Shown here: piece after piece, positions 12,001 through 27,000 of the stretch
Layout of the letters: the number at the start of each line of letters is the position of its first letter
How positions within the stretch are numbered: position 1 is the first letter of the stretch
Assembly: GCF_040938485.1 (NCBI RefSeq)
Contig: NW_027271554.1
Coordinates: 1-64,000, forward strand
Source of the DNA: Diadema antillarum
Taxonomy: Eukaryota
Reading direction: 5' to 3'
DNA length: 64,000 bases
Made by a program: the position numbers and the translations under genes
The notes under the pieces: generated by a model
The model's database searches: none
What the model saw: only the letters and a program-made list of their open reading frames with translations
What the model was told of the DNA's origin: nothing

Positions 12001-15000
12001 TGACATCCTGTTTCTTTTATGATTTATTTCAGAAAGAAACACAAAATCAAATATGACAGTTTTATTATATTATTTGAATTCAACATGGGTTAATAGTCAA
12101 CCTTCATATCTACGAAGAAGAAATGTGTATAAATATTGCAGTTTAGACTTTTGGTAATGAATTAAGAAAAGTGCGAATAGTAAAGACTGAAACCCGATGG
12201 CTGAACATCTCCGTAGGTTTTTGGCTGTTGAAAATTCGATTACAAGAAAATAAGGCGTGTTTACTCATCATTATTTTTTGTTTCAACTGAACATTTCCTT
12301 TTTGGTACTGATATACCTATCTTTAACGTTGAAATAATGAATCATACGAATATAAGTTATTTTTACAGAGACTGTAATGGCATGACTTTATATAATATTG
12401 CTTACGAAATCAAAGATTTAAGTTGTATAGTTACTTTTATATTTAGTGTTTCATGCATCGATAATTGTCACAATAAATTTATTCCGGTAGTTATTTCTGA
12501 ATTTCATATGTTTTTCCTTTTTTCAAGTCCGATATATTTTGCTTTGATAATGCAAAACGGATATTTGAAGGTACCATATTTATTTCTAGATTAGACTACG
12601 TTGTAAGAGAAGTTTGAAAACGTCATTTGTAATTCTGCTTCCAATACTCAAACCCTGATAATACAGAAAAACAAAATTCAGATGTGATTGTTTGGTTAAA
12701 TGTGAGAACGTGACGTATCTCTGTAACCAAAGGTCATGTGAAGAGTTTGTTTGCAAAAACCGATAAGTCCATATTTGTCAAATGGAGATATTTGTAATCA
12801 AAGGTCAAGAAAAATATAGAGAATAATAAGAATTGTTTTGGTTCTTTTGACCATAACTTCAAAAATGTACCTTTATATGTAGTGACCAATATATCATTGT
12901 AAAGGTATTTTTTTGTACTATATGATAGAAACTGTACTTTAAAATCTTCAAGAAATGGACTCATCGATTTTTCGCGAACAAATTCTTCATGTATATTCAG
13001 TATTGAAAATCGCAAAATAACATTCAGTAGAAAGAAAGTCATCGGACAATCTCAAAAATTAAGATCGTTTTGAAAGATAAAGTGCTGGCAATTTTCATTG
13101 ACACGGGAGAAACTAGCGCCAATTACTATTTCAATTTTGAATTCTCCATCAATTTGCCCTTTCTTTTTTTATTGAATTGACAGAGATAACTTGCAGCAGA
13201 GGTTAAAATAGTTAGCTGACTTTCACTGTGGATAAAGAAAGAAGAGATCGTGAACGAATATATGAGAAAGCGTGAGACGATTTGTTTCTTATGAGTAACT
13301 TGACTCATTACGTTTATTTTGATTTTTCAGAGTGCGAGAAATGTCTGAGATTCTGCGTCTGGACACCTTGGTGCAACGATGAGGCCCCTGGTAGGTTGGC
13401 AAGCGATGCTCTTGTGGAAGAGGAACTTCTTTCGGATGTTCAGCACTATCCTGGATTCCCAGCCATCTGCATCATCCGCAAAGACGTGGAATGCCGAACT
13501 GTCGACACGCATATATTCTCCAACGAGACCGACGACGCTGCAACGTGTGACCCTGAGATTGGTCTTCAGTGTAGAAATGGTCCTCTGCGTCCCCCTTGTA
13601 GGGATTACGAAATAAGGTTCCTCTGTTGTGGTAGCACGTGTCCTCCTAAATGTTGGCCAAAACCAACAACGCCTAGAACTCCACCACCGACCACGACACT
13701 ACCACCACCTACCACAACTATCGAGACAACGACACCAGAAACAACTACGCCGGAAAGGCCAGGTAATGCATGGCATCCTGTTTCTTTTATGATTTATTCC
13801 AAGAAGAAACATAAAATCAAATATAACAGTTTGATAATATTATTTGAAAACAACATGGATTAGTCAACCTTGATATCTAAGAAAAAAAAATGTGTGTAAA
13901 AATTGCAGTTTAGACTTTTGGTAATAAATGGAGAAAAGTGTGAATAGTAAAGACTGAAACCCAATGGCTGAACATCTCCGTAGGTTTTTGGCTGTTGAAA
14001 ATTCGATTACAAGAAAATAAGGCGTTTTTACTCATCATTCTTTTTTGTTTCAACTGAATATTTCCTTTTTGATACTGATATATCTATCTTTAACCTTGAA
14101 ATAAAGAATCATACGAATATAAGTTATTTTTACAGAGACTGTAATGGCATGCCTTTATATAATATTGTTTACAAAATCAAAGATTTAAGTTGTATAGTTA
14201 CTTTTATATTTAGTGTTTCATGCATCGATAATTGTCACGATAAATTTATGGCGGTAGTTATTTCTGAATTTCATATGTTTTTCCTTTTTTCAAGTCCGAT
14301 ATATTTTGCTTTGATAATGCAAAACGGATATTTGAAGATACCATATTTACTTCTAGATTAGACTACGTTGTAAGAGAAGTTTGAAAACGTCATTTGTAAT
14401 TCTGCTTCCAATACTCGAACCCTGATAATACACAAAAACAAAATTCAGATGTGAATTTTGGTCAAATGTGAGAACGTGACGTATCTCTGTAACCAAAGGT
14501 CATGTATATTCAGTATTGAAAATCGCAAAAAACATTCGGGAGAAAGAAAGTCATCGGACGATCTAAAAATTCAAAATCGTTCTGAAAGATAAAGTGCTGC
14601 AATTTTCATTGACACGAGAGGAAACTAGCGCCAATTACTATTTCAATTTTGAATTCTCCATCAATTTGCCCTTTTTTTATTGAATTGACACAGATAACTT
14701 GCAGCAGAGGTTAAAATAGTTAGCTGACTTTCACTGTGGATAAAGAAAGAAGAGATCGTGAACGAATATATGAGAAAGCGTGAGACGATTTGTTTCTTAT
14801 GAGTAACTTGACTCATTACGTTTATTTTGATTTTTCAGAGTGCGAGAAATGTCTGAGATTCTGCGTCTGGACACCTTGGTGCAACGATGAGGCCCCTGGT
14901 AGGTTGGCAAGCGATGCTCTTGTGGAAGAGGAACTTCTTTCGGATGTTCAGCACTATCCTGGATTCCCAGCCATCTGCATCATCCGCAAAGACGTGGAAT

Positions 15001-18000
15001 GCCGAACTGTCGACACGCATATATTCTCCAACGAGACCGACGACGCTGCAACGTGTGACCCTGAGATTGGTCTTCAGTGTAGAAATGGTCCTCTGCGTCC
15101 CCCTTGTAGGGATTACGAAATAAGGTTCCTCTGTTGTGGTAGCACGTGTCCTCCTAAATGTTGGCCAAAACCAACAACGCCTAGAACTCCACCACCGACC
15201 ACGACACTACCACCACCTACCACAACTATCGAGACAACGACACCAGAAACAACTACGCCGGAAAGGCCAGGTAATGCATGGCATCCTGTTTCTTTTATGA
15301 TTTATTCCAAGAAGAAACATAAAATCAAATATAACAGTTTGATAATATTATTTGAAAACAACATGGATTAGTCAACCTTGATATCTAAGAAAAAAAAAAT
15401 GTGTGTAAAAATTGCAGTTTAGACTTTTGGTAATAAATGGAGAAAAGTGTGAATAGTAAAGACTGAAACCCAATGGCTGAACATCTCCGTAGGTTTTTGG
15501 CTGTTGAAAATTCGATTACAAGAAAATAAGGCGTTTTTACTCATCATTCTTTTTTGTTTCAACTGAATATTTCCTTTTTGATACTGATATATCTATCTTT
15601 AACCTTGAAATAAAGAATCATACGAATATAAGTTATTTTTACAGAGACTGTAATGGCATGCCTTTATATAATATTGTTTACAAAATCAAAGATTTAAGTT
15701 GTATAGTTACTTTTATATTTAGTGTTTCATGCATCGATAATTGTCACGATAAATTTATGGCGGTAGTTATTTCTGAATTTCATATGTTTTTCCTTTTTTC
15801 AAGTCCGATATATTTTGCTTTGATAATGCAAAACGGATATTTGAAGATACCATATTTACTTCTAGATTAGACTACGTTGTAAGAGAAGTTTGAAAACGTC
15901 ATTTGTAATTCTGCTTCCAATACTCGAACCCTGATAATACACAAAAACAAAATTCAGATGTGAATTTTGGTCAAATGTGAGAACGTGACGTATCTCTGTA
16001 ACCAAAGGTCATGTATATTCAGTATTGAAAATCGCAAAAAACATTCGGGAGAAAGAAAGTCATCGGACGATCTAAAGATTTAAAATCGTTCTGAAAGATA
16101 AAGTGCTGCAATTTTCATTGACACGAGAGGAAACTAGCGCCAATTACTATTTCAATTTTGAATTCTCCATCAATTTGCCCTTTTTTTATTGAATTGACAC
16201 AGATAACTTGCAGCAGAGGTTAAAATAGTTAGCGGACTTTCACTGTGGATAAAGAAAGAAGAGATCGTGAACGAATATATGAGAAAGCGTGAGACGATTT
16301 GTTTCTTATGAGTAACTTGACTCATTACGTTTATTTTGATTTTTCAGAGTGCGAGAAATGTCTGAGATTCTGCGTCTGGACACCTTGGTGCAACGATGAG
16401 GCCCCTGGTAGGTTGGCAAGCGATGCTCTTGTGGAAGAGGAACTTCTTTCGGATGTTCAGCACTATCCTGGATTCCCAGCCATCTGCATCATCCGCAAAG
16501 ACGTGGAATGCCGAACTGTCGACACGCATATATTCTCCAACGAGACCGACGACGCTGCAACGTGTGACCCTGAGATTGGTCTTCAGTGTAGAAATGGTCC
16601 TCTGCGTCCCCCTTGTAGGGATTACGAAATAAGGTTCCTCTGTTGTGGTAGCACGTGTCCTCCTAAATGTTGGCCAAAACCAACAACGCCTAGAACTCCA
16701 CCACCGACCACGACACTACCACCACCTACCACAACTATCGAGACAACGACACCAGAAACAACTACGCCGGAAAGGCCAGGTAATGCATGGCATCCTGTTT
16801 CTTTTATGATTTATTCCAAGAAGAAACATAAAATCAAATATAACAGTGTCATACTATTATTTGAAAACAACATGGATTAGTCAAACTTGATATCTAAGAA
16901 AAAAAAAATGTGTGTAAAAATTGCAGTTTAGACTTTTGGTAATAAATGGAGAAAAGTGTGAATAGTAAAGACTGAAACCCAATGGCTGAACATCTCCGTA
17001 GGTTTTTGGCTGTTGAAAATTCGATTACAAGAAAATAAGGCGTTTTTACTCATCATTCTTTTTTGTTTCAACTGAATATTTCCTTTTTGATACTGATATA
17101 TCTATCTTTAACCTTGAAATAAAGAATCATACGAATATAAGTTATTTTTACAGAGACTGTAATGGCATGCCTTTATATAATATTGTTTACAAAATCAAAG
17201 ATTTAAGTTGTATAGTTACTTTTATATTTAGTGTTTCATGCATCGATAATTGTCACGATAAATTTATGGCGGTAGTTATTTCTGAATTTCATATGTTTTT
17301 CCTTTTTTCAAGTCCGATATATTTTGCTTTGATAATGCAAAACGGATATTTGAAGATACCATATTTACTTCTAGATTAGACTACGTTGTAAGAGAAGTTT
17401 GAAAACGTCATTTGTAATTCTGCTTCCAATACTCGAACCCTGATAATACACAAAAACAAAATTCAGATGTGAATTTTGGTCAAATGTGAGAACGTGACGT
17501 ATCTCTGTAACCAAAGGTCATGTATATTCAGTATTGAAAATCGCAAAAAACATTCGGGAGAAAGAAAGTCATCGGACGATCTAAAGATTTAAAATCGTTC
17601 TGAAAGATAAAGTGCTGCAATTTTCATTGACACGAGAGGAAACTAGCGCCAATTACTATTTCAATTTTGAATTCTCCATCAATTTGCCCTTTTTTTATTG
17701 AATTGACACAGATAACTTGCAGCAGAGGTTAAAATAGTTAGCGGACTTTCACTGTGGATAAAGAAAGAAGAGATCGTGAACGAATATATGAGAAAGCGTG
17801 AGACGATTTGTTTCTTATGAGTAACTTGACTCATTACGTTTATTTTGATTTTTCAGAGTGCGAGAAATGTCTGAGATTCTGCGTCTGGACACCTTGGTGC
17901 AACGATGAGGCCCCTGGTAGGTTGGCAAGCGATGCTCTTGTGGAAGAGGAACTTCTTTCGGATGTTCAGCACTATCCTGGATTCCCAGCCATCTGCATCA

Positions 18001-21000
18001 TCCGCAAAGACGTGGAATGCCGAACTGTCGACACGCATATATTCTCCAACGAGACCGACGACGCTGCAACGTGTGACCCTGAGATTGGTCTTCAGTGTAG
18101 AAATGGTCCTCTGCGTCCCCCTTGTAGGGATTACGAAATAAGGTTCCTCTGTTGTGGTAGCACGTGTCCTCCTAAATGTTGGCCAAAACCAACAACGCCT
18201 AGAACTCCACCACCGACCACGACACTACCACCACCTACCACAACTATCGAGACAACGACACCAGAAACAACTACGCCGGAAAGGCCAGGTAATGCATGGC
18301 ATCCTGTTTCTTTTATGATTTATTCCAAGAAGAAACATAAAATCAAATATAACAGTTTGATAATATTATTTGAAAACAACATGGATTAGTCAACCTTGAT
18401 ATCTAAGAAAAAAAAATGTGTGTAAAAATTGCAGTTTAGACTTTTGGTAATAAATGGAGAAAAGTGTGAATAGTAAAGACTGAAACCCAATGGCTGAACA
18501 TCTCCGTAGGTTTTTGGCTGTTGAAAATTCGATTACAAGAAAATAAGGCGTTTTTACTCATCATTATTTTTTGTTTCAACTGAATATTTCCTTTTTGATA
18601 CTGATATATCTATCTTTAACCTTGAAATAAAGAATCATACGAATATAAGTTATTTTTACACAGACTGTAATGGCATGCCTTTATATAATATTGCTTACAA
18701 AATCAAATATTTAAGTTGTATAGTTACTTTTATATTTAGTGTTTCATGCATCGATAATTGTCACGATAAATTTATGGCGGTAGTTATTTCTGAATTTCAT
18801 ATGTTTTTCCTTTTTTCAAGTCCGATATATTTTGCTTTGATAATGCAAAACGGATATTTGAAGATACCATATTTACTTCTAGATTAGACTACGCTGTAAG
18901 AGAAGTTTGAAAACGTCATTTGTAATTCTGCTTCCAATACTCGAACCCTGATAATACACAAAAACAAAATTCAGATGTGAATTTTGGTCAAATGTGAGAA
19001 CGTGACGTATCTCTGTAACCAAAGGTCATGTATATTCAGTATTGAAAATCGCAAAAAACATTCGGGAGAAAGAAAGTCATCGGACGATCTAAAAATTTAA
19101 AATCGTTCTGAAAATTAAAGTGCTGCAATTTTCATTGACACGAGAGGAAACTAGCGCCAATTACTATTTCAATTTTGAATTCTCCATCAATTTGCCCTTT
19201 TTTTATTGAATTGACACAGATAACTTGCAGCAGAGGTTAAAATAGTTAGCGGACTTTCACTGTGGATAAAGAAAGAAGAGATCGTGAACGAATATATGAG
19301 AAAGCGTGAGACGATTTGTTTCTTATGAGTAACTTGACTCATTACGTTTATTTTGATTTTTCAGAGTGCGAGAAATGTCTGAGATTCTGCGTCTGGACAC
19401 CTTGGTGCAACGATGAGGCCCCTGGTAGGTTGGCAAGCGATGCTCTTGTGGAAGAGGAACTTCTTTCGGATGTTCAGCACTATCCTGGATTCCCAGCCAT
19501 CTGCATCATCCGCAAAGACGTGGAATGCCGAACTGTCGACACGCATATATTCTCCAACGAGACCGACGACGCTGCAACGTGTGACCCTGAGATTGGTCTT
19601 CAGTGTAGAAATGGTCCTCTGCGTCCCCCTTGTAGGGATTACGAAATAAGGTTCCTCTGTTGTGGTAGCACGTGTCCTCCTAAATGTTGGCCAAAACCAA
19701 CAACGCCTAGAACTCCACCACCGACCACGACATTACCACCACCTACCACAACTATCGAGACAACGACACCAGAAACAACTACGCCTGAAAGGCCAGGTAA
19801 TGCATGGCATCCTATTTCTTTTATGATTTATTCCAGGACGAAACACAAGATCAAATATAACAGTTTAGTTTGATTATATTATTTGAAATCAACATGGGTT
19901 AGTCAACCTTCATATCTACGAAGAAGAAATTTGTGTAAAAATTGCAGTTTAGACGTTGGTAAAAAATTGAGAAAAATGTGAATCGTAAAGACTGAAACCC
20001 AATGGCTGAACTTCTCCGTAGGTGTTTGGCTCTTGAAAATTCGATTACAAGAATAAGGCGTTTTTACTCTTCATTATTTTTTGTTTCAACTGAATATTTC
20101 CTTTTTGATACTGATATATCTATCTTTAACCTTGAAATAAAGAATCATACGAATGTAAGTTATTTTTACACAGACTGTAATGGCATGACTTTATATGATA
20201 TTGCTTACGAAATGAAAGATTTAAGTTGTATAGTTACTTTTATATTTAGTGTTTCATGCATCGATAATTGTCACGATAAATTTATGGCGGTAGTTATTTC
20301 TGAATTTCATATGTTTTTCCTTTTTTCAAGTCCGATATATTTTGCTTTGATAATGCAAAACGGATATTTGAAGATACCATATTTACTTCTAGATTAGACT
20401 ACGCTGTAAGAGAAGTTTGAAAACGTCATTTGTAATTCTGCTTCCAATACTCGAACCCTGATAATACACAAAAACAAAATTCAGATGTGAATTTTGGTCA
20501 AATGTGAGAACGTGACGTATCTCTGTAACCAAAGGTCATGTATATTCAGTATTGAAAATCGCAAAAAACATTCGGGAGAAAGAAAGTCATCGGACGATCT
20601 AAAAATTTAAAATCGTTCTGAAAGATAAAGTGCTGCAATTTTCATTGACACGAGAGGAAACTAGCGCCAATTACTATTTCAATTTTGAATTCTCCATCAA
20701 TTTGCCCTTTTTTTATTGAATTGACAGAGATAACTTGCAGCAGAGGTTAAAATAGTTAGCTGACTTTCACTGTGGATAAAGAAAGAAGAGATCGTGAACG
20801 AATATATGAGAAAGCGTGAGACGATTTGTTTCTTATGAGTAACTTGACTCATTACGTTTATTTTGATTTTTCAGAGTGCGAGAAATGTCTGAGATTCTGC
20901 GTCTGGACACCTTGGTGCAACGATGAGGCCCCTGGTAGGTTGGCAAGCGATGCTCTTGTGGAAGAGGAACTTCTTTCGGATGTTCAGCACTATCCTGGAT

Positions 21001-24000
21001 TCCCAGCCATCTGCATCATCCGCAAAGACGTGGAATGCCGAACTGTCGACACGCATATATTCTCCAACGAGACCGACGACGCTGCAACGTGTGACCCTGA
21101 GATTGGTCTTCAGTGTAGAAATGGTCCTCTGCGTCCCCCTTGTAGGGATTACGAAATAAGGTTCCTCTGTTGTGGTAGCACGTGTCCTCCTAAATGTTGG
21201 CCAAAACCAACAACGCCTAGAACTCCACCACCGACCACGACACTACCACCACCTACCACAACTATCGAGACAACGACACCAGAAACAACTACGCCGGAAA
21301 GGCCAGGTAATGCATGGCATCCTGTTTCTTTTATGATTTATTCCAAGAAGAAACATAAAATCAAATATAACAGTTTCATAATATTATTTGAAAACAACAT
21401 GGATTAGTCAAACTTGATATCTAAGAAAAAAAAAAATGTGTGTAAAAATTGCAGTTTAGACTTTTGGTAATAAATGGAGAAAAGTGTGAATAGTAAAGAC
21501 TGAAACCCAATGGCTGAACATCTCCGTAGGTTTTTGGCTGTTGAAAATTCGATTACAAGAAAATAAGGCGTTTTTACTCATCATTCTTTTTTGTTTCAAC
21601 TGAATATTTCCTTTTTGATACTGATATATCTATCTTTAACCTTGAAATAAAGAATCATACGAATATAAGTTATTTTTACAGAGACTGTAATGGCATGCCT
21701 TTATATAATATTGTTTACAAAATCAAAGATTTAAGTTGTATAGTTACTTTTATATTTAGTGTTTCATGCATCGATAATTGTCACGATAAATTTATGGCGG
21801 TAGTTATTTCTGAATTTCATATGTTTTTCCTTTTTTCAAGTCCGATATATTTTGCTTTGATAATGCAAAACGGATATTTGAAGATACCATATTTACTTCT
21901 AGATTAGACTACGTTGTAAGAGAAGTTTGAAAACGTCATTTGTAATTCTGCTTCCAATACTCGAACCCTGATAATACACAAAAACAAAATTCAGATGTGA
22001 ATTTTGGTCAAATGTGAGAACGTGACGTATCTCTGTAACCAAAGGTCATGTATATTCAGTATTGAAAATCGCAAAAAACATTCGGGAGAAAGAAAGTCAT
22101 CGGACGATCTAAAGATTTAAAATCGTTCTGAAAGATAAAGTGCTGCAATTTTCATTGACACGAGAGGAAACTAGCGCCAATTACTATTTCAATTTTGAAT
22201 TCTCCATCAATTTGCCCTTTTTTTATTGAATTGACACAGATAACTTGCAGCAGAGGTTAAAATAGTTAGCGGACTTTCACTGTGGATAAAGAAAGAAGAG
22301 ATCGTGAACGAATATATGAGAAAGCGTGAGACGATTTGTTTCTTATGAGTAACTTGACTCATTACGTTTATTTTGATTTTTCAGAGTGCGAGAAATGTCT
22401 GAGATTCTGCGTCTGGACACCTTGGTGCAACGATGAGGCCCCTGGTAGGTTGGCAAGCGATGCTCTTGTGGAAGAGGAACTTCTTTCGGATGTTCAGCAC
22501 TATCCTGGATTCCCAGCCATCTGCATCATCCGCAAAGACGTGGAATGCCGAACTGTCGACACGCATATATTCTCCAACGAGACCGACGACGCTGCAACGT
22601 GTGACCCTGAGATTGGTCTTCAGTGTAGAAATGGTCCTCTGCGTCCCCCTTGTAGGGATTACGAAATAAGGTTCCTCTGTTGTGGTAGCACGTGTCCTCC
22701 TAAATGTTGGCCAAAACCAACAACGCCTAGAACTCCACCACCGACCACGACACTACCACCACCTACCACAACTATCGAGACAACGACACCAGAAACAACT
22801 ACGCCGGAAAGGCCAGGTAATGCATGGCATCCTGTTTCTTTTATGATTTATTCCAAGAAGAAACATAAAATCAAATATAACAGTTTGATAATATTATTTG
22901 AAAACAACATGGATTAGTCAACCTTGATATCTAAGAAAAAAAAATGTGTGTAAAAATTGCAGTTTAGACTTTTGGTAATAAATGGAGAAAAGTGTGAATA
23001 GTAAAGACTGAAACCCAATGGCTGAACATCTTCGTAGGTTTTTGGCTGTTGAAAATTCGATTACAAGAAAATAAGGCGTTTTTACTCATCATTATTTTTT
23101 GTTTCAACTGAATATTTCCTTTTTGATACTGATATATCTATCTTTAACCTTGAAATAAAGAATCATACGAATATAAGTTATTTTTACACAGACTGTAATG
23201 GCATGCCTTTATATAATATTGCTTACAAAATCAAATATTTAAGTTGTATAGTTACTTTTATATTTAGTGTTTCATGCATCGATAATTGTCACGATAAATT
23301 TATGGCGGTAGTTATTTCTGAATTTCATATGTTTTTCCTTTTTTCAAGTCCGATATATTTTGCTTTGATAATGCAAAACGGATATTTGAAGATACCATAT
23401 TTACTTCTAGATTAGACTACGCTGTAAGAGAAGTTTGAAAACGTCATTTGTAATTCTGCTTCCAATACTCGAACCCTGATAATACACAAAAACAAAATTC
23501 AGATGTGAATTTTGGTCAAATGTGAGAACGTGACGTATCTCTGTAACCAAAGGTCATGTATATTCAGTATTGAAAATCGCAAAAAACATTCGGGAGAAAG
23601 AAAGTCATCGGACGATCTAAAAATTTAAAATCGTTCTGAAAATTAAAGTGCTGCAATTTTCATTGACACGAGAGGAAACTAGCGCCAATTACTATTTCAA
23701 TTTTGAATTCTCCATCAATTTGCCCTTTTTTTATTGAATTGACACAGATAACTTGCAGCAGAGGTTAAAATAGCGGACTTTCACTGTGGATAAAGAAAGA
23801 AGAGATCGTGAACGAATATATGAGAAAGCGTGAGACGATTTGTTTCTTATGAGTAACTTGACTCATTACGTTTATTTTGATTTTTCAGAGTGCGAGAAAT
23901 GTCTGAGATTCTGCGTCTGGACACCTTGGTGCAACGATGAGGCCCCTGGTAGGTTGGCAAGCGATGCTCTTGTGGAAGAGGAACTTCTTTCGGATGTTCA

Positions 24001-27000
24001 GCACTATCCTGGATTCCCAGCCATCTGCATCATCCGCAAAGACGTGGAATGCCGAACTGTCGACACGCATATATTCTCCAACGAGACCGACGACGCTGCA
24101 ACGTGTGACCCTGAGATTGGTCTTCAGTGTAGAAATGGTCCTCTGCGTCCCCCTTGTAGGGATTACGAAATAAGGTTCCTCTGTTGTGGTAGCACGTGTC
24201 CTCCTAAATGTTGGCCAAAACCAACAACGCCTAGAACTCCACCACCGACCACGACATTACCACCGCCTACCACAACTATCGAGACAACGACACCAGAAAC
24301 AACTACGCCTGAAAGGCCAGGTAATGCATGGCATCCTATTTCTTTTATGATTTATTCCAGGACGAAACACAAGATCAAATATAACAGTTTAGTTTGATTA
24401 TATTATTTGAAATCAACATGGGTTAGTCAACCTTCATATCTACGAAGAAGAAATTTGTGTAAAAATTGCAGTTTAGACGTTGGTAAAAAATTGAGAAAAA
24501 TGTGAATCGTAAAGACTGAAACCCAATGGCTGAACTTCTCCGTAGGTGTTTGGCTCTTGAAAATTCGATTACAAGAATAAGGCGTTTTTACTCTTCATTA
24601 TTTTTTGTTTCAACTGAATATTTCCTTTTTGATACTGATATATCTATCTTTAACCTTGAAATAAAGAATCATACGAATGTAAGTTATTTTTACACAGACT
24701 GTAATGGCATGACTTTATATGATATTGCTTACGAAATGAAAGATTTAAGTTGTATAGTTACTTTTATATTTAGTGTTTCATGCATCGATAATTGTCACGA
24801 TAAATTTATGGCGGTAGTTATTTCTGAATTTCATATGTTTTTCCTTTTTTCAAGTCCGATATATTTTGCTTTGATAATGCAAAACGGATATTTGAAGATA
24901 CCATATTTACTTCTAGATTAGACTACGCTGTAAGAGAAGTTTGAAAACGTCATTTGTAATTCTGCTTCCAATACTCGAACCCTGATAATACACAAAAACA
25001 AAATTCAGATGTGAATTTTGGTCAAATGTGAGAACGTGACGTATCTCTGTAACCAAAGGTCATGTATATTCAGTATTGAAAATCGCAAAAAACATTCGGG
25101 AGAAAGAAAGTCATCGGACGATCTAAAAATTTAAAATCGTTCTGAAAGATAAAGTGCTGCAATTTTCATTGACACGAGAGGAAACTAGCGCCAATTACTA
25201 TTTCAATTTTGAATTCTCCATCAATTTGCCCTTTTTTTATTGAATTGACAGAGATAACTTGCAGCAGAGGTTAAAATAGTTAGCTGACTTTCACTGTGGA
25301 TAAAGAAAGAAGAGATCGTGAACGAATATATGAGAAAGCGTGAGACGATTTGTTTCTTATGAGTAACTTGACTCATTACGTTTATTTTGATTTTTCAGAG
25401 TGCGAGAAATGTCTGAGATTCTGCGTCTGGACACCTTGGTGCAACGATGAGGCCCCTGGTAGGTTGGCAAGCGATGCTCTTGTGGAAGAGGAACTTCTTT
25501 CGGATGTTCAGCACTATCCTGGATTCCCAGCCATCTGCATCATCCGCAAAGACGTGGAATGCCGAACTGTCGACACGCATATATTCTCCAACGAGACCGA
25601 CGACGCTGCAACGTGTGACCCTGAGATTGGTCTTCAGTGTAGAAATGGTCCTCTGCGTCCCCCTTGTAGGGATTACGAAATAAGGTTCCTCTGTTGTGGT
25701 AGCACGTGTCCTCCTAAATGTTGGCCAAAACCAACAACGCCTAGAACTCCACCACCGACCACGACACTACCACCACCTACCACAACTATCGAGACAACGA
25801 CACCAGAAACAACTACGCCGGAAAGGCCAGGTAATGCATGGCATCCTATTTCTTTTATGATTTATTCCAGGACGAAACACAAGATCAAATATAACAGTTT
25901 AGTTTGATTATATTATTTGAAATCAACATGGGTTAGTCAACCTTCATATCTACGAAGAAGAAATTTGTGTAAAAATTGCAGTTTAGACGTTGGTAAAAAA
26001 TTGAGAAAAATGTGAATCGTAAAGACTGAAACCCAATGGCTGAACTTCTCCGTAGGTGTTTGGCTCTTGAAAATTCGATTACAAGAATAAGGCGTTTTTA
26101 CTCTTCATTATTTTTTGTTTCAACTGAATATTTCCTTTTTGATACTGATATATCTATCTTTAACCTTGAAATAAAGAATCATACGAATGTAAGTTATTTT
26201 TACACAGACTGTAATGGCATGACTTTATATGATATTGCTTACGAAATGAAAGATTTAAGTTGTATAGTTACTTTTATATTTAGTGTTTCATGCATCGATA
26301 ATTGTCACGATAAATTTATGGCGGTAGTTATTTCTGAATTTCATATGTTTTTCCTTTTTTCAAGTCCGATATATTTTGCTTTGATAATGCAAAACGGATA
26401 TTTGAAGATACCATATTTACTTCTAGATTAGACTACGCTGTAAGAGAAGTTTGAAAACGTCATTTGTAATTCTGCTTCCAATACTCGAACCCTGATAATA
26501 CACAAAAACAAAATTCAGATGTGAATTTTGGTCAAATGTGAGAACGTGACGTATCTCTGTAACCAAAGGTCATGTATATTCAGTATTGAAAATCGCAAAA
26601 AACATTCGGGAGAAAGAAAGTCATCGGACGATCTAAAAATTTAAAATCGTTCTGAAAGATAAAGTGCTGCAATTTTCATTGACACGAGAGGAAACTAGCG
26701 CCAATTACTATTTCAATTTTGAATTCTCCATCAATTTGCCCTTTTTTTATTGAATTGACAGAGATAACTTGCAGCAGAGGTTAAAATAGTTAGCTGACTT
26801 TCACTGTGGATAAAGAAAGAAGAGATCGTGAACGAATATATGAGAAAGCGTGAGACGATTTGTTTCTTATGAGTAACTTGACTCATTACGTTTATTTTGA
26901 TTTTTCAGAGTGCGAGAAATGTCTGAGATTCTGCGTCTGGACACCTTGGTGCAACGATGAGGCCCCTGGTAGGTTGGCAAGCGATGCTCTTGTGGAAGAG

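Noticed and set aside
700-12545. Shared 12-mer AGTCCGATATAT in intron A (near the acceptor) and in intron B (mid-intron) as a splicing element
   Set aside because: It is a single short match at non-equivalent positions in AT-rich sequence and cannot be distinguished from chance or residual homology.
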